Below are positions 1 through 14,397 of a stretch of DNA of 64,000 bases, one piece after another; position 1 is the stretch's first letter, and the number at the start of each line of letters is the position of its first letter. The notes under the pieces were generated by a model. That model worked only from the letters and a program-made list of their open reading frames with translations, was not told the origin of the DNA and made no database searches. The DNA is from Octopus vulgaris (taxonomy: Eukaryota): NCBI GenBank assembly GCA_951406725.2, contig OX597819.1, forward strand, positions 116,808,001 to 116,872,000. The letters run 5' to 3'. A program made the position numbers and the translations under genes.

Positions 1-479
1 ATCCATAGATCCCTTTAATTCACTTCCATGTCTGACATGCCTCCTGATTAAACCTAACCTTGGGATTTCTGTTACTTGTCCAGGTATCACCTCTCCCAAC
101 TCTTGCCCGTACTTGTTGTTGCTCTAGGTGTTGATGTGTAACAATTCAAATGAAACATTAACATTATTATTCCTTGCAATGCCTGTGTGCCCCTACACAT
201 AACAAACACACTCATCGACTAGATAAGGCAGATGACACCCCATGAAAAGAGAGACATATAGATTATTCACTCTATTTACAATGCTAACAAAACAGTTAAG
301 CAGTCATGTCTAGGGTATTCCTTTACGTATGTTACTATTTGTCAATAACAAATGTCTAATCTATGTTTCAAAGAAAGATGCTAATATATATTATGATCAA
401 GAATTATCCGAACTGTTGCCATAGTAACGAAACTAAAGCATACACAGTAAAATTGCTTGACACAAGTTAGCCGTGAACT

Positions 480-640
480 CTGCAGTGCATACGCTGTAGC
501 TCACTTCAGCTGTTTACAGCAGTGCTTGGAAGGAATGTGTGTTGCGTGTGATCGTCGCATTGACCATGACGGATGAAGCTGGACGGAGAATCTGCATCAA
601 AGTTTGCCAAAAGCTTGGCAATACCTTTCAAAATGTTTTC
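480..640 (+). mobile_element. mariner-like transposon 5' fragment (start of transposase)
   Basis: From 566 reads MTDEAGRRICIKVCQKLGNT, a typical mariner N-terminus. The upstream 533-570 sequence is the reverse complement of 1029-1066. Confidence 0.6.
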
Positions 641-1085
641 ATCGTTCTCGACTCGATTAAGAACTCATGCAACTAATATACTAGTGTCATTTTGGTCAGC
701 TGAAAGCAGTATTGGCACAAACTCGGTTGACAAGCCACTCATCCCCAAATCCTCAGTGATAATGGACTGAACTGAACCGTAACTAATCTGCACATCCTCT
801 GATAACTCACAGATGAGGATTCGACTACTGCATGCGCTTATGCGATGCCTTTCTTAGTCCTACTAGTTACGGATCTTCCAGACCTTTTGTCATATCGACA
901 TTTTTTCAGCCATTTGGAAACGCCTGAACCTCTCGTACACTTGTAAGCGACTCATTCCCTCATCTCCATACACTTTCTGCAACTTTGCGTAGGCCTCTGA
1001 GCAGGTATGACCATGCCAAATTATTCTGTCATGGTCAATACGATGATTACACGCTGCACACTTTCATTCGTTATTCACAGTGCAA
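641..1085 (-). mobile_element. mariner-like transposase N-terminal remnant (decayed)
   Basis: Minus strand encodes SEAYAKLQKVYGDEGMSRLQVYERFRRF, then KRSGRSVTSRT, then ICELSEDVQISYGSVQSIITEDLGM..FVP (HTH region up to the WVP-equivalent motif), with frameshifts. Confidence 0.75.
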
Positions 1086-2269
1086 AATGATTTCAATTCA
1101 GGATTAAAGGTTATATAGGTTATGCAATTTTCATCCACCGAATTTTTAATTCAATGAATTGGTAATTCACGTGTTTGGACGAATCAATCCGTATCATCAA
1201 AACTGGCGGAACTCAATATGCGCACCTTCCTTTTCTATTCGATAACTTATTATTTATTTTCAAAATTAAAAAAATACTTCTCACTTATAATACCCATTCT
1301 TGTAGCTTGAAATACCCACATAAGCAGCACATTCTGTTCTCTGCTTCGTACATCGAACATCACAAACTGCGTAAAACAGCAAACATATACCCCACCCAAA
1401 AAAAAAACCCAACAACATACAAACAAACAACTAAAAGAAAATTCAGAGAAATGGGAAACTGATTTTCAAAACTTCATGTAATTGTAAAAAGTTCTTCAGT
1501 ATAAAGATTACGTCTCTGTTGACAGTGAAAAAATAAGATAACAAACGACGACGAGGGAATATTAGAGGGAATTAAGCAATAGAACAAAAAATGATGAGTG
1601 GTAAATACGGGAAAACATGTCACATGACGCACGTCTTAATGATAAGCGATACAAATTATAATTACATCTGTATGTAATTTGCAAATATAGATATTATTAT
1701 GCAACATTTTCTAGTCTTGGAGGAATATCATACTTTATTTCTCATATCATTTACTAATTAATTGTGCAAAATATTGATGATAATATTTCAAGTTTGTACT
1801 TGTATTAATTACCATTTAATTCGTTCATGTTCTTATGCGTTAATATATCAACAATTCTTTTCTATCATTACATCAATGCAGCAGTAACAGTAGAGTATAC
1901 GTACATGCGAATAGATCTACATACGAAGTTCACAGATAAACAGATATGTTCAAACATTAATACACACACAAATACACATATAGAACAAAATAGAGAGAGA
2001 CAGAAATTGGGAGAGAGAGAGAGAGAGCGCTTTATAATTTAAGAGATTTGTAATAAAAACAATCTGAATATTTCATGAGGAATTAGGTTCTGCCGTTGTT
2101 CGTATACTCTATCTTCTTACGTATACTTATATTTCATGACAAAATATTCACAGAGGATGTTATACTAACAGTAATACCAGAGTAGATTTAAAACAAATTA
2201 GCTGTTTTTAAAAGTACTTAAAACAATAACTTTAAACAATGATTCAATAAATATTGATTTCAAATTACA

Positions 2270-2460
2270 TACAAGACCAGCATATAAAGGGGATATGGGT
2301 AAGTCTATTACATGGATCACAGTGATTAACAGGTACTTATTTTATCGATTCGGAAGGGATGAAAGGTAAAGTCTACATCAGCAGAATTTGAACCTAGAAC
2401 GTAAAGACGGGTAATATATCGCCTTGCTCGGCGTGCATTTCATCCAGTCCGCTGCTTTAA
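2270..2460 (-). mobile_element. old SINE remnant (family of 19291-19520)
   Basis: ggtacttattttatcgattcggaagggatgaaaggtaaagtc...atttgaacctagaacg is a diverged reverse complement of the SINE core and B-box region. Confidence 0.7.
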
Positions 2461-2599
2461 TGAATCAATAAGTATTAAGGTATTTCCTTTCATCTGTAAT
2501 TGTTATGCAGCTTTAAAGTCTCATTTCATAATAATAGCGAGACAACGTAGAGTATTTTCATTAAAAATATATTCTAGAAATTTTATAGCAAATAATTTT

Positions 2600-3960
2600 G
2601 AAGGAAATTATAAAGTTTATAATTTAGAGTAGAAATTACATTGCATAAAATAATGTTTGGTAGAATCAAGTAATGAAAATATATAATTAAACCCAGGATT
2701 TACGAAGGAGATGGGCCAAGTGCGGTTGCCTTCGAATAAATAAATGTAGAACTAATCTGAACGCCGAATTAAGATATACTGAGCATAAGTATGTGCGCTA
2801 TTTTATCAATAAAATCTTTATTTTATTCAAGTGATTATGTGTTGTACTCTCTGAATTTTTTATGCGTTTATCTAATAGACGAAACGCTGGCATTTTTAAA
2901 AATTCAGTAGCTTGGGATTATGTTGGCAAAAGACACAAGCTTTTCTACTTGTTAAAACATCTTTTAGATTTATGAAGACGTAAACTATTGTGCGTTAGTT
3001 TGAAACTTGTTAGGCTTTTAATTAAAATTATTTTAACAATATTTGTTGGACCTGACTCAACTCGTGTGTCAGGCGACCCGGCTGCCATGCAGTTCTTTGC
3101 TAAACGTAAACAAAATATTCAATTATCGAATTCACTGGTAATGATTGTAAGCCAATATAATTAAGCGTTATATGATTATATATACTAGTCAACTTCAGTA
3201 TAATTAATTATGAAATGTAAGTATGAAATATAAAGAGACAAGTTTCAAATTGAATTAAGCGCTTTAAATGAAATTATATTGATTGGAAATGTTTGCATGT
3301 TTAATAATTTTAGAATTTATTTTTATAATTCATATTTTTAGAAAGGAACAAAGGCACCTTTATTAATAAATCTTGCGATTTGCAAGACGCAGTAAGAGTG
3401 TTAAAGATATATATTCGACAAATTCTTAGACAAAAAAAAAATTCTGATTTTGAGAAAATCTAAATCTTTCAATATTCAACATAATGTTTACACTATATTG
3501 ACATTGAAAAGAGAACAAATATTAACTCATATGACGTTAATAGAAGTTGCGTTCCCTTCGTTCGTAGAAATTGTAATTATACAGCCGCAAGGGAGGTAAG
3601 CGCTGTTCGTTGTGCAACAACATGAGTCAGGTCAATTCCATCAGGAATCATAAAAGAAATGTTATATTTATACTGAGTATTGGATGTGTAAACATTCCAA
3701 TTCTGTGTAGCAGCGGATTTCACCAAACACGGTTTGATTTAAGTTGGGTGTATAACAACAATTAAACCAAAGAGTCAATGGGCACAGATATGATGTCAGA
3801 CACAATAACAGTAGGTCGAGAGAACTTGCCAAATACATTACATCAAAGGCTGCAATTTTGAAAACTTCTACACTTTCAGTTCTCAAAATGCATGAGGTGA
3901 AATATATTTGTGAGTTATATACATCGCGCCCAGAAGTAATAATCAAAATAATAGGGGAAT
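2600..3960 (+). mobile_element. highly decayed Penelope-like element (RT traces plus GIY-YIG)
   Basis: Fragments KRCSLCNNM (about 3594), RNVIFIL, VGCIT and QQLNQRVNGHRYDV (3743-3800) follow the PLE Cys-knuckle/GIY-YIG order. Possible IDETLA (YIDD-equivalent) at about 2875. Boundaries uncertain. Confidence 0.45.
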
Positions 3961-4158
3961 TTCATCATATTTACACAAAACTGTTTGATTAAATATTTTT
4001 CTTTCCTGTTTTCTTTTTTCTTTTCCTTTGGGTTTTTTTCTTTATGCTATTTGTACAACTGAAAATTGAAGAGTGATGGTGTCATTCCATAACATGTCTG
4101 TTGCACTTGCAACGCGCTCGTTGTATATTCTGATGATGATGAGGATAAAGATGATGAA

Positions 4159-4194
<36 letters not shown>

Positions 4195-4237
4195 AATAAT
4201 AATAACAATAATGACAGCGATATTAATAATAATAAGA

Positions 4238-4450
4238 AAACTAGAGGTCATCAAGAGGAATATAAAGGAAACTGGAATGGAATACTCAGTAGAATTGTTG
4301 CAAAAGGCTTACCTCATTGGCACTGCCAGAATAATCGGGTAAATATTAGATAGTTGAAAAGAACAGAACGCATGGTCCCCTAGGCTGCAAAACACCAAGC
4401 CTGCTCCATATGCAATACCCCAGAAGTTCCAGCAAAACCTGTGATAAAAA
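4238..4450 (+). mobile_element. 3' end of an R4/Dong-like non-LTR element (second subfamily)
   Basis: Encodes VELLQKAYLIGTARII (RLE C-terminus), then a 3'UTR ending cagcaaaacctgtgataaaaa before (AAT)n. A related 3'UTR recurs at 46345-46422. Confidence 0.7.
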
Positions 4451-4453
4451 ATA

Positions 4454-4486
<33 letters not shown>

Positions 4487-4557
4487 ACAACGACAACGAC
4501 AACGACAACAATAACAACAACAACAACAACAACAATAATAATAATAATAATAATAAT
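4451..4557. repeat. (AAT/AAC/GAC)n compound microsatellite
   Basis: Directly visible; lies between two R4-type fragments. Confidence 0.95.
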
Positions 4558-5003
4558 ATGCCGATACACACAGATAGAGAAATTAAGGCCAACAGGCCAG
4601 ATATAGTTGTCACAGATCATGAAGAATAATATGCTTTCTAATTGATGCATCAATACCAGCAGATGATAACGTGTCTCTTAAAGAAATGGAGAAACTTTCA
4701 AAATACAAAGACCTGGAAATAGAGGTAACCAGAATGTGGAATCTAAAAACAGAAACAATTCCTATCATAGTAGGTGCATTAGGCAGGATAAAAAATATTC
4801 AGACAAATACATAACAAAAACACCAGGACTTACAAACACATATAACATACAGAAAATTGCACTACTAGGCACTGCACACATCCTACGCAGAAAACTTTCC
4901 ATGCAATAACTATCAGAGTATCACAACAAATCACAGCACATATCCAAGGCACACAGAGCTGCGCTCGGTAGTGAAGTGAAAGCACGCTATAAAAATAAAA
5001 CTA

Positions 5004-5006
<3 letters not shown>
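4558..5006 (+). mobile_element. 5'-truncated R4/Dong-type non-LTR element (RLE domain plus 3'UTR)
   Basis: [53 protein letters not shown]...ALLGTAHILRR, stop at 4907-4909, followed by (AAT)n 5007-5078. Highly similar to 40730-41154. Confidence 0.9.
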
Positions 5007-5080
<74 letters not shown>

Positions 5081-5592
5081 CAAGGATAATGATATTTTAT
5101 AATAATTCTACGTAATACTGACTTGTCTATCGTTATATTATCTAAATTAATAAAATCCCACTGAAAAATGTTTGTATAGTATACACACATCAGTTGAATA
5201 CAGAATTTTAGCCAGCTCAAGATATCTGGCTTCACCCATGCTGGTAGATGTTTCATATAATTCAACTTGTGTATATCTATGTGTCTCTTTGCACGCATTT
5301 CACGAGCATAAGAAAACTAATGCGGAGACGTTATATTGTGTAATTTCCTTTTTCTTTTTTTTTTTTACTTCTCCACAATCCGCATGATATCTTAGTGTCC
5401 GTATATTCTTGTTTGCTTATCAGTTAATTATTCATGTACTTCAATGTATTTATCAATAGTCAACATACAACTTTCATTTACATTACCAGACACTAACTGT
5501 CACAATCGCTGAATGTTAAATGTGGACTCGCTGTTTCCCGCTGGCATAACATTGTTCCGTGTTCGCATATTGTTATGCATACAGTGTTGTAT

Positions 5593-5610
5593 TCTATCTA
5601 TCTATCAATA

Positions 5611-5677
<67 letters not shown>

Positions 5678-5678
5678 A

Positions 5679-5716
<38 letters not shown>

Positions 5717-5805
5717 CTATCTATCTATCAATCTATATATATATATATATATATATTTGTCTGTCTGTCTGTCTATATATATATCTGTCTCTCTGTCTGT
5801 CTATG
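5593..5805. repeat. (TCTA)n/(TA)n/(TCTG)n compound microsatellite
   Basis: Directly visible; source of spurious YLSI ORFs. Confidence 0.95.
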
Positions 5806-6443
5806 CGACTGGTATCTATTTCTGTATGTATTCATCTAGTTTGTATATCTACTTATTTAACATTTATTATTTTCACACAAAATTTCTATATACTACAGAA
5901 CTAAGAAATAAGTATTTATTTCTTCATTTCCGACCCTGTCTCATACAAACTTAATACTCTTCATTTCTCTATATAAACTAATACCTTTTCAACAAATAGA
6001 TGTTATTTACAATCAATAGAAAGTCGTTTATATAAATACACCACTTATTACCATAGAAGACATGCTTCACGCAGGTTATGATGAATAATCACAGCTGTTT
6101 TCTCGTGTTTCATGTCATATCAGTAAAACATAGAAGTGAAGGTTTTTCAACGCTTGTCCATAAATTGTAATTGACAATTTAATGCAGCAATGACTAATTC
6201 TAACTCCTCCATTTTTTGTGGTGTCCCACAATTAAGGATGTAATCAAACCGAAAGCTTGGTGCAATCAAACAATAGAATATTTTTCGGAAAACGGGGATT
6301 CCCAAAATCTTTACATAAAATAAAATTGGATAGAAACTGGTAAAAAATTGGATTTTATCATCGTGGAATTAAAACTACATAATATAGATTATCAAGTATA
6401 TTACCGGAAAAATATAAATATTTCAATTTATGCTATATTCCTA

Positions 6444-6932
6444 AGGCGGCGAGTTCGATTTTGCCTTTCATCCATTCGGGGTCCATAAATTAAGTACCAG
6501 TTACCCACTGGGGTCGATCTAATCGACTTAATACCTATGTCTGTCCTTGTCTGTCCCCTCTATGTTTAGCCCCTTGTGGGTACTAAAGAAATAGGTATTT
6601 CGTCTGCCGCTACGTTCTGAGTTCAAATTCCGCTGAGGTCAACTTTGCCTTTCATCCTTTCGAGGTCAATTAAATAAGTACCAGTTACGCACTGGGGTCG
6701 ATATAATCGACTTAATCCGTTTGTCCCTTTTGTGTTTAGCCCCTTGTGGGTAGTAAAGAAATAGATATTTCGTCTGTCTTTACGTTCTGAGTTCAAATTC
6801 CGCTGAGGTCGACTTTCCCTTTTATCATTTCAGAGTCGATAAATTAATTAATAGTTGTGTACTGGGATCGTTGTAATCGCGTGGCACTCTCCCACAAAAT
6901 TCCGGGCCTTGCGCCCAAAGTAGAAAAGAATT
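6444..6932 (+). mobile_element. tandem trimer of tRNA-derived SINE bodies
   Basis: Three units of about 170-180 bp, each with the core gcctttcatcctttcggggtcgat..aagtaccag; units 2 and 3 carry the B-box gagttcaaattcc. From memory the core resembles the MetaSINE central domain (unverified). Confidence 0.85.
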
Positions 6933-9900
6933 GACGCAATATTCCTATCATAATTTGTTTACAATATCCTAAAATGTGTTTGCCTAAGCTCCATTTCAAT
7001 TTGAAGTTTGTTGGTTATCCATGATTTACTGTTGAATTAGTTCTTGATTCGTTTTAGAGGAGATGATTATCTCTCACAATGCCAGTTGTACGCCATGTTG
7101 CATGGGTACATTTAAATAAAAATATATACTTGTGTGGAAACTGATGAGATATGGTTTTACACAATTTGCTCTAACTATATGGAGCTAAAATTTTATCTAC
7201 TGGAAATACAAACTTCTTTTACATCAAATTTAATATAATTTGATATTAAATAAATTCATGACCACATTTGTGTTGGAAATCGTTGGAATTCAAGAAATCA
7301 AACGATATGCTGTACCTTCAAACCCCATCGCTTATGTTGCATGTATATAAATTCATAGTGTTGTTTAGATCCGTTTATGCATGTCCCTAAAGCATTTAGT
7401 CGTAGACAAGCTGAAGAAGCTGAAACAAAATGATTTACGGGTTTATCATGACATATTAGTTCTGCTATTTTACTACAGTACTACTAGTTATTCCTATTTA
7501 TTTCGTGCTTATAAGTTGTCACGAACGTCCATAGAGTGATTTTCTCGGCAAATCCCCAAACATTTACTTTCTCTCTGTTTCTCCCACTCTTTGTTGTCTA
7601 GCTACTATTTTCCTGTAACAAACTCTTTCAGTAAATGAACTTTTGCCTGTGTAATCTCATCCAGAGCACAAACTTTTCGAATGTCTACGCTTTCTATGGA
7701 ATCACTTTTAATATGTTGATCATTAGCTTACCAGTGTCCAAATTTTCCATAAGTTTACAGTAAATGATTTAATGCACAAAGTGTTTCGGCTTTTTCATAT
7801 ATGCCTTGTCATGTAGTTTTAATGTATTTAACTACAATAGTAATACTGCAAATTTTAAAACTGACGTTGAGTATATCTTTTCCTATTATCCTAAGCATTT
7901 AAATATATGTGTCCTGCTCTCAGACTTGCCTATGGCAAAATATATCATATATGAACCAGAACACTCATCTGATGTTTGGCGGGTAAAAAGGTCATTACTC
8001 GACTGAAACCGATGAATCGATGTTTTGCGAAACTTATTTTCAGTGGTTAATGAACTTGGTCGGATATATACTTATATCTATTTCAGTTTTGACGTTCATA
8101 GCTAGACTTCCAAACATTTTATTCTCATTGAACGCGACATTGTCGCCAGAGCAGATGACCGCTGGGAAGTAATTTCAACTTGCGCGTCGCATTTTGCTCA
8201 CTTTCCATAAATATTGTCGGATATTTATTCTTGTTTTGTCATTGATTTCTTTAGTGTTACTTGTTTCTATATCAATTCCAACTTGGTTTTGCTGGTTGTT
8301 CGTCAATTTAGAGAGTTATTATCATCGAAGCCATTGCTGTATTATTTTGATTTATACATGAAAACAGCTTTTTGTCGGCGTCTCGTTTACTTTACAAGAT
8401 TTTGATTTATCATTAGACGTCGTTACTTTTCACTTCTGAAAGGCGATTATCAAGAAATAGTAGCCGTTCATAAAAACACGCATTTTGCCGATCATGTTTC
8501 AGTATTGCTGACACGACCTAATAACATCAAATATTGTTCCCTGACAATTATTATTACAATAACTATTCCTAGATGCCTAAACTTTTCTGCGAAATACAGA
8601 CATGTCTTATTTGATGCGCTTCTATGCATTATTCCATAAGTGAAAATCAAAATTTTCTACTGTATTTATATAAGGTCCGGGTCATAAATATTAAACTTAT
8701 GACCTACAAATTCTCAACTCCCCAATAAAAGAAATAATAATATTTCATCAGTAATGGTCTGGGATTCTCTGTTTATCACATCTAAATCAAGATTGGAATA
8801 AATAACCTATATGTGAACCATTACATATTTTAGAAATATGTCTAGCCAATACACGAAACTTGAAAGCAGAAATTAGAAGCCGGTATGTTATGAGAAAAAT
8901 CGAACGAAATTTCAGCGTTTCGCATTCTCCCATTCATGCTGTGCGGCAGAATCCTCACAAAACTTCCTTCAGAATGCGCCAATCCAAAATAATTCATTCA
9001 ATGATTTATGTATTGCAAATATCAGTCATAACTTTCAAATTATATCATAAGAAAGGAACATTTTATTTTATTATGCAGACTCATATGAAATTTCCGAAAT
9101 TTAATTTATGAGATGCTTAATCAGGGTTGGTTTGAATTGAATAAATAAATGTTAATATCAAGGATCTAAAATAGAAGCTATATCCCAAGTTATACCATAT
9201 TCAATTCTAAGAAAACAAAGGACCTATTGATCATATACTCTAGTGTTTTCGGAGGAGACTGGTTGATCGGGCCTAAACTGTTTCTAAGCCTAATTATGTT
9301 CCTCAATGTTAACGTGGATATCTGCGTCGAAATTTTTCAACAATAACAACAGGAAGAGAATACAATGAACTGAATTTACTTAAACGCTACAGATTGTATA
9401 TTTAAAATATTTAAGCAGCTGTGATGACATAATTTCGAAATTACGTTAAAACTCTGGATTGCAAAACTAATACTAGTAAAACTCTTTCTTGAACATCGGC
9501 AAAAGTTTCTATGTGACACATTGCCATCCTAGAAGGAAATTATTAAGAACCATTTACTTAACTTCCGAATAACAATACATTTATCAACAAAGTATCCATT
9601 CTTAATACGTTATTGTTTCGATTCTCGCCGCCTGTGTACACATCATACATAATTATTTATCATCTTCAAGTATCAGCATATAGTTTGTTTTTGTTGATCT
9701 CTGTTGGCAGCAGCACACGAAACAACATAGTCGAAGCACCGCGTTGTCACTCTAATAACTATGAACCAGGCATGTCTTAAATATACCTCTCCAATAGCAA
9801 GGATCAAGAGCATCATAATCATCAGATTTTGGACATTAGCTATTGAAATAGGCAGAAAAATAAATAAAATATAATGTATACACCAGACAAATTATATATA

Positions 9901-10064
9901 TTCTGTATGTGGAATACATTTAATCTTCGTTTTAAACAATTACGTAATTCACAAAAATTGAAACAACATTTAAACTGAAATATGTAAAAATATACGAACA
10001 CATAAACACATTTACAACATACTCATCGGCGTTTTTGTCATCTTCACTTTCAGAGTTTAAATTC

Positions 10065-11025
10065 CACTGTTTTCTCATTTTCAGTGACCCTCCCTGGCTT
10101 GGGTGTATACCATCTTTTTTCTGTTGTTATTCTAGACTGTTGACATAGCTTCAAGTGTATATAGGCCCCAATTCTGTCGTGCCTGTGAATATTGTCCTTC
10201 TGAGCCGGGACTGGGCAGACAAAGACAATACGATTTATCACTTCTGCTCCATCTCCGCATATTTTGCAATTAATAGTTGTATTTCATTTCATTCCATGTA
10301 TTTGGAAATTTCTGGTCAGCAGGATTTAATCTTGTGTTGCAATTAAACATCCTTCAGTCTTTGCTTTGAATCGTGAGCTTCTCAGCCATTGTTAGAATTT
10401 TGCTTTTTCTATTTCTTTTCTGTTTAGTTTGACCCAGTATTTGTCATGAAGGGATTTTTCGTGACATCGATTTATCATGATCCGCTGCTGTTTCAGTTTG
10501 AGCTTGAATTTCATTTATTTTACAGCTTTTGATATTTCTTCGTTTTTTTTTATAGTTCTTATGCACTATGACTTATTTTTGTATTTTTAAGTTTCCTTAA
10601 AGACTGAAAGCATTTTTTTATTTTGTAAGTGATTTGTTTCTGTTTGTATTAGCTCCCCTTGCTTTTGAAGTAGGTATTTCTGTAGTAATATGGTGGTTAT
10701 TTCGTAATAGTTTTCCAGCTGATTGATACCTTAGCCACCTTCGAAATGTTGCATATATAACCTATGTCAGACTTTGCATCGTAAATCCCGTCATTATTTT
10801 TTCTTGTTTTCCTGTCTATTTTGATTAGTTCATTCACAGTCCAGGTAAGAATATTGTAACTGTAACTCATAACTGGGACAGCCAGAATATTGATACCTAA
10901 TATCTTGTTTTTCGCATTGACCTCTGCTTTCAGATTTAATCTAACTCTTCGATAGTATTCGTTTCTGATCTTATTTTGTGTCTGTTTTATCGTATCTAAT
11001 TCATTGATTCCTACGTATTTGTATG
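10065..11025 (-). mobile_element. decayed internal fragment of an R4/Dong-type element
   Basis: Collinear with 41170-42260: IHRHDRIGAYIH, LIAT, RVRLNLKAEVNAKNKILGINILAVPVMSYSYNILTWT. Many stops. Confidence 0.85.
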
Positions 11026-12362
11026 CCTGGCTTTGGTCTAATTCTCTTATTTAATTTCTTTAATGATACAACAAAAGGAAAACAAGAACTACATACAAAC
11101 ATATTAATGCAAGAACACAAAAACAATTCTAGCAAAAGCAAGAGACATCAGAAAGGACGACAGTGTGAGCAAGAGCTAATGTTACAAACACGACAAGCAA
11201 AACAAAACATTGCCGGCAAACCTCTCAACAATATATTACTCCGAAACGAGAACATTTTAAACTTATGCGAGAGATGTAACAATGTAACAATATCAAAACC
11301 TTATTTCCCACACAGAAGAAAATTTACAAACTACAAGAGAATCGGATTAAATATTTTAGAAATATGGATTAAGACACGCCTTTCAAAGGCCTCTAAAACG
11401 CTGATTAGAATATGTAAATTTCTAGCGCACTTATATATTTTTAAAGTTTTCATATTCATCCTAAATAATTAGCTTAACAACTGTAAGCAGTATAAATGTA
11501 CATAATCAGTATGGAAACTAAGACAGCTGCTGCTTAAACATATCAGGCTATTTTGAATGGATGTGGTATCAGAGAGAGACACCAGCATATCCGAGTCGAT
11601 ACTGCCTGAGATCCTTCTGGGAAACTTGGGACTAAGGCCACTTTTGACTGAATGGGACCGAATGTTGAAGCAGGGTAGTTTGAAAGCAAGAGCTGGGTCT
11701 AGAGTTGAATGCGACAGTTCTTTTATAACCATATAGTAAATTGCTGGTCCTTGACGTTCAGAGTAGTGAAGTGAAGGAATCCAAAGGCGATATCTCATGA
11801 GTTGTAATGAAATTTTAATAAAGAAATATTTTTTCTCGGATTTCCATCGCCTCAGGAGTTCCCAATGTGATATATTCACTAGTTCAATTACTTGGAAATC
11901 GAATTGGTACGTAGACACACAGACCCGTAAACACACAGTCGCATAAGCGCACTCAGAGCCCCTCCACCCCACACACTAACAAAAATACACACACGCAAGC
12001 ATAAATAAACACACATACGCACACATATATATTTTCATGAGTAAGAATCTCAAATCGGATGCAAATATCAAGTAAGATTGAATATTTACATAATATTTGG
12101 TATACCATGATCACTGACACACTACAGTAAACAAAAAAAAATGCTGGTAACACACACACAGACACATATATATATATATATATGTTTATATATACATATA
12201 TATATATGTATATATATATATGTATACACACACACACATATATATATATAAACATATATATGCATACATACATCTATATATATGTATCTATATGCATAAT
12301 ATCTTTTTATTCATCTATCTATATACATAGATAGGTACATAATATATACATGCAAAAATAAA

Positions 12363-12395
<33 letters not shown>

Positions 12396-12698
12396 CATAC
12401 ATATTTATTTATTTATATATATATATCTGTGTGTGTATATGTGTGTGTGTGAGTCCGGTTGTATTATGTAACCTGTCTGAAAACATCACAAAGAAAGAAG
12501 GAATGAGAAGCAATGACATGAAATATTCATTGTTACTTCACTGTATCCGTAATGAAATACAGTATGTTCAGTCGTTCATAACATTCTATTGTAATGCATT
12601 ACCATGGAGAGGGAAATATATTAATGATAGAACACAAGGAAAATAAGAACCACATACAAACATATTAATGGAATATCTAAACAAGCACACACTAACAC

Positions 12699-12740
<42 letters not shown>

Positions 12741-13359
12741 CCGTGTGTGTGAGATTGAGAGTAGGAGAGAGATTGTGTGTATTCGTAGCTACAATGCACA
12801 CGTTTATTTATTCATACATACATATGAATGCATTGATGTATATTAACAAAGTTTCTGTATTTCCATGGTCGTCTTCTCCCACAGTTTTTAATCGTATCTT
12901 ACTTTCGCCGATTCTGCGCTGTAACTCTTTTACTGAACTGTGTTTGATTAGTCTTCCTGTCTTCATAGTCGCCATTGTAACTTTTACAATTTTCTCTGTA
13001 CCTTGTGTATCTCGCTGTCCCTGTCTTCTTATCTCTTCAACCTACCTTCCTTAGTTTTTCTGATCTCCGTTTGATGTCTCAGTATCACTTTGTCTGTTTC
13101 CCTTTCACAATACTTGCGGATAACCTGATTAGTGTAGATTGGCTCCTAACTTATCTGGTTGACAAATTATCAGCTAAAATGGATACGAGCTAATCTTTTA
13201 TGCATTTAAGTATTGCCTTATGTTGCTTAATAAATAACGTTCTCTATCTATCTTTGATTTGTCTTCTTTGAGTAATTTCTTACAAAAGTTGCTGCCATCG
13301 CTAATATCCAACAGACAGTCAAAAATTATACGCACTCTGGTTTCTGTAATTTATAAATA

Positions 13360-14210
13360 CAAAAGGAGGGGCTGAATTACTCTATTTTTCAACAAATTCT
13401 TCTCGCCCTTTGATACACGTCTTCCAGTAGTCGACAAAGTTGCTAATTCGATTTTAGTCCTATGGCTTGTCACGCAGCCATTCCTGCACCGGTTCCTGCA
13501 CTCCTTCACCCGTAGCAATTTAATCACCACGTAAAACGCATTTGACCGGCCGAAAGAGGAGCGAGTCTAAGATAGAACGATCTGGATTCTATGCAGAGTG
13601 TTTCGGCAATTAGAAACCTCAAGATTTAGATGGTTTCAAAGATGTGGGGTGGTGTGTGTAGGTGTGCATTACCATGCAAAAATAACACTTGATTCGGCAA
13701 TAAACTTCTGTGTCTGAGTGTATCGCCGGTTTCATTTGTTGGACAGCGTTTCACTGTAACCTACTCTGGTCACTGTACAGTACTTTTCCAGATAATATTC
13801 CAGTATAGCCCCATTGAGTCCCCCAAAATGGGTAGCATTCTTTTTCTGTGGAGGATTGAGACTTGAATTTCATTTTCATTGGCTATTCCGGTTGTTTTCT
13901 AATTCGAACATAGTGTTTGGACTCCAGATCCTATGACTATCCTTTTTTAAAAAGAGCTTCGAATTAATCTTTGTAGTTGTGGAATATGAGTTGATAAATC
14001 TCCATACGACTGCGCGTGTGCACTTCGGTAAGCCGTCTTGGCATCCAACTCACATAGACTTTACGGAAGCGAAACTTGTCGTCGATGATTCCAAATGCAG
14101 AACCGTGACTACATTGCAGAGAACAAGTCACCCTATCGATTTTCATTCCCCAATTTGCCAGACGTTTACATCAAGCCTGTTGAATCTTCATGACACTCAA
14201 AAAACCTAAT
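13360..14210 (-). mobile_element. mariner-like transposase remnant
   Basis: IIDDKFRFRKVYVSWMPRRLT (WVPR motif), a decayed HGNAHLH region, and C-terminal FVDYWKTCIKGREEFVEK*. Confidence 0.75.
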
Positions 14211-14283
14211 CAGGAGCAACATTCGCCGCAGTAGCATAAGCAGCGGCGGTAGCAATAACAGCAGCAGTAGTAGTAGTAATAAT

Positions 14284-14299
14284 ATTATTATTATTATTA

Positions 14300-14397
<98 letters not shown>
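14284..14397. repeat. (TTA)n microsatellite
   Basis: Directly visible. Confidence 0.95.

Noticed and set aside
7400-8420. Possible ancient LINE RT on the minus strand (similar hints at 17280-17640, 32700-33330 and 48800-49300)
   Set aside because: Only vague motif echoes; not supportable without a translated search.
11023-11472. 149-aa ORF
   Set aside because: A-rich, begins in the antisense of the R4 remnant, and has no recognisable domain.
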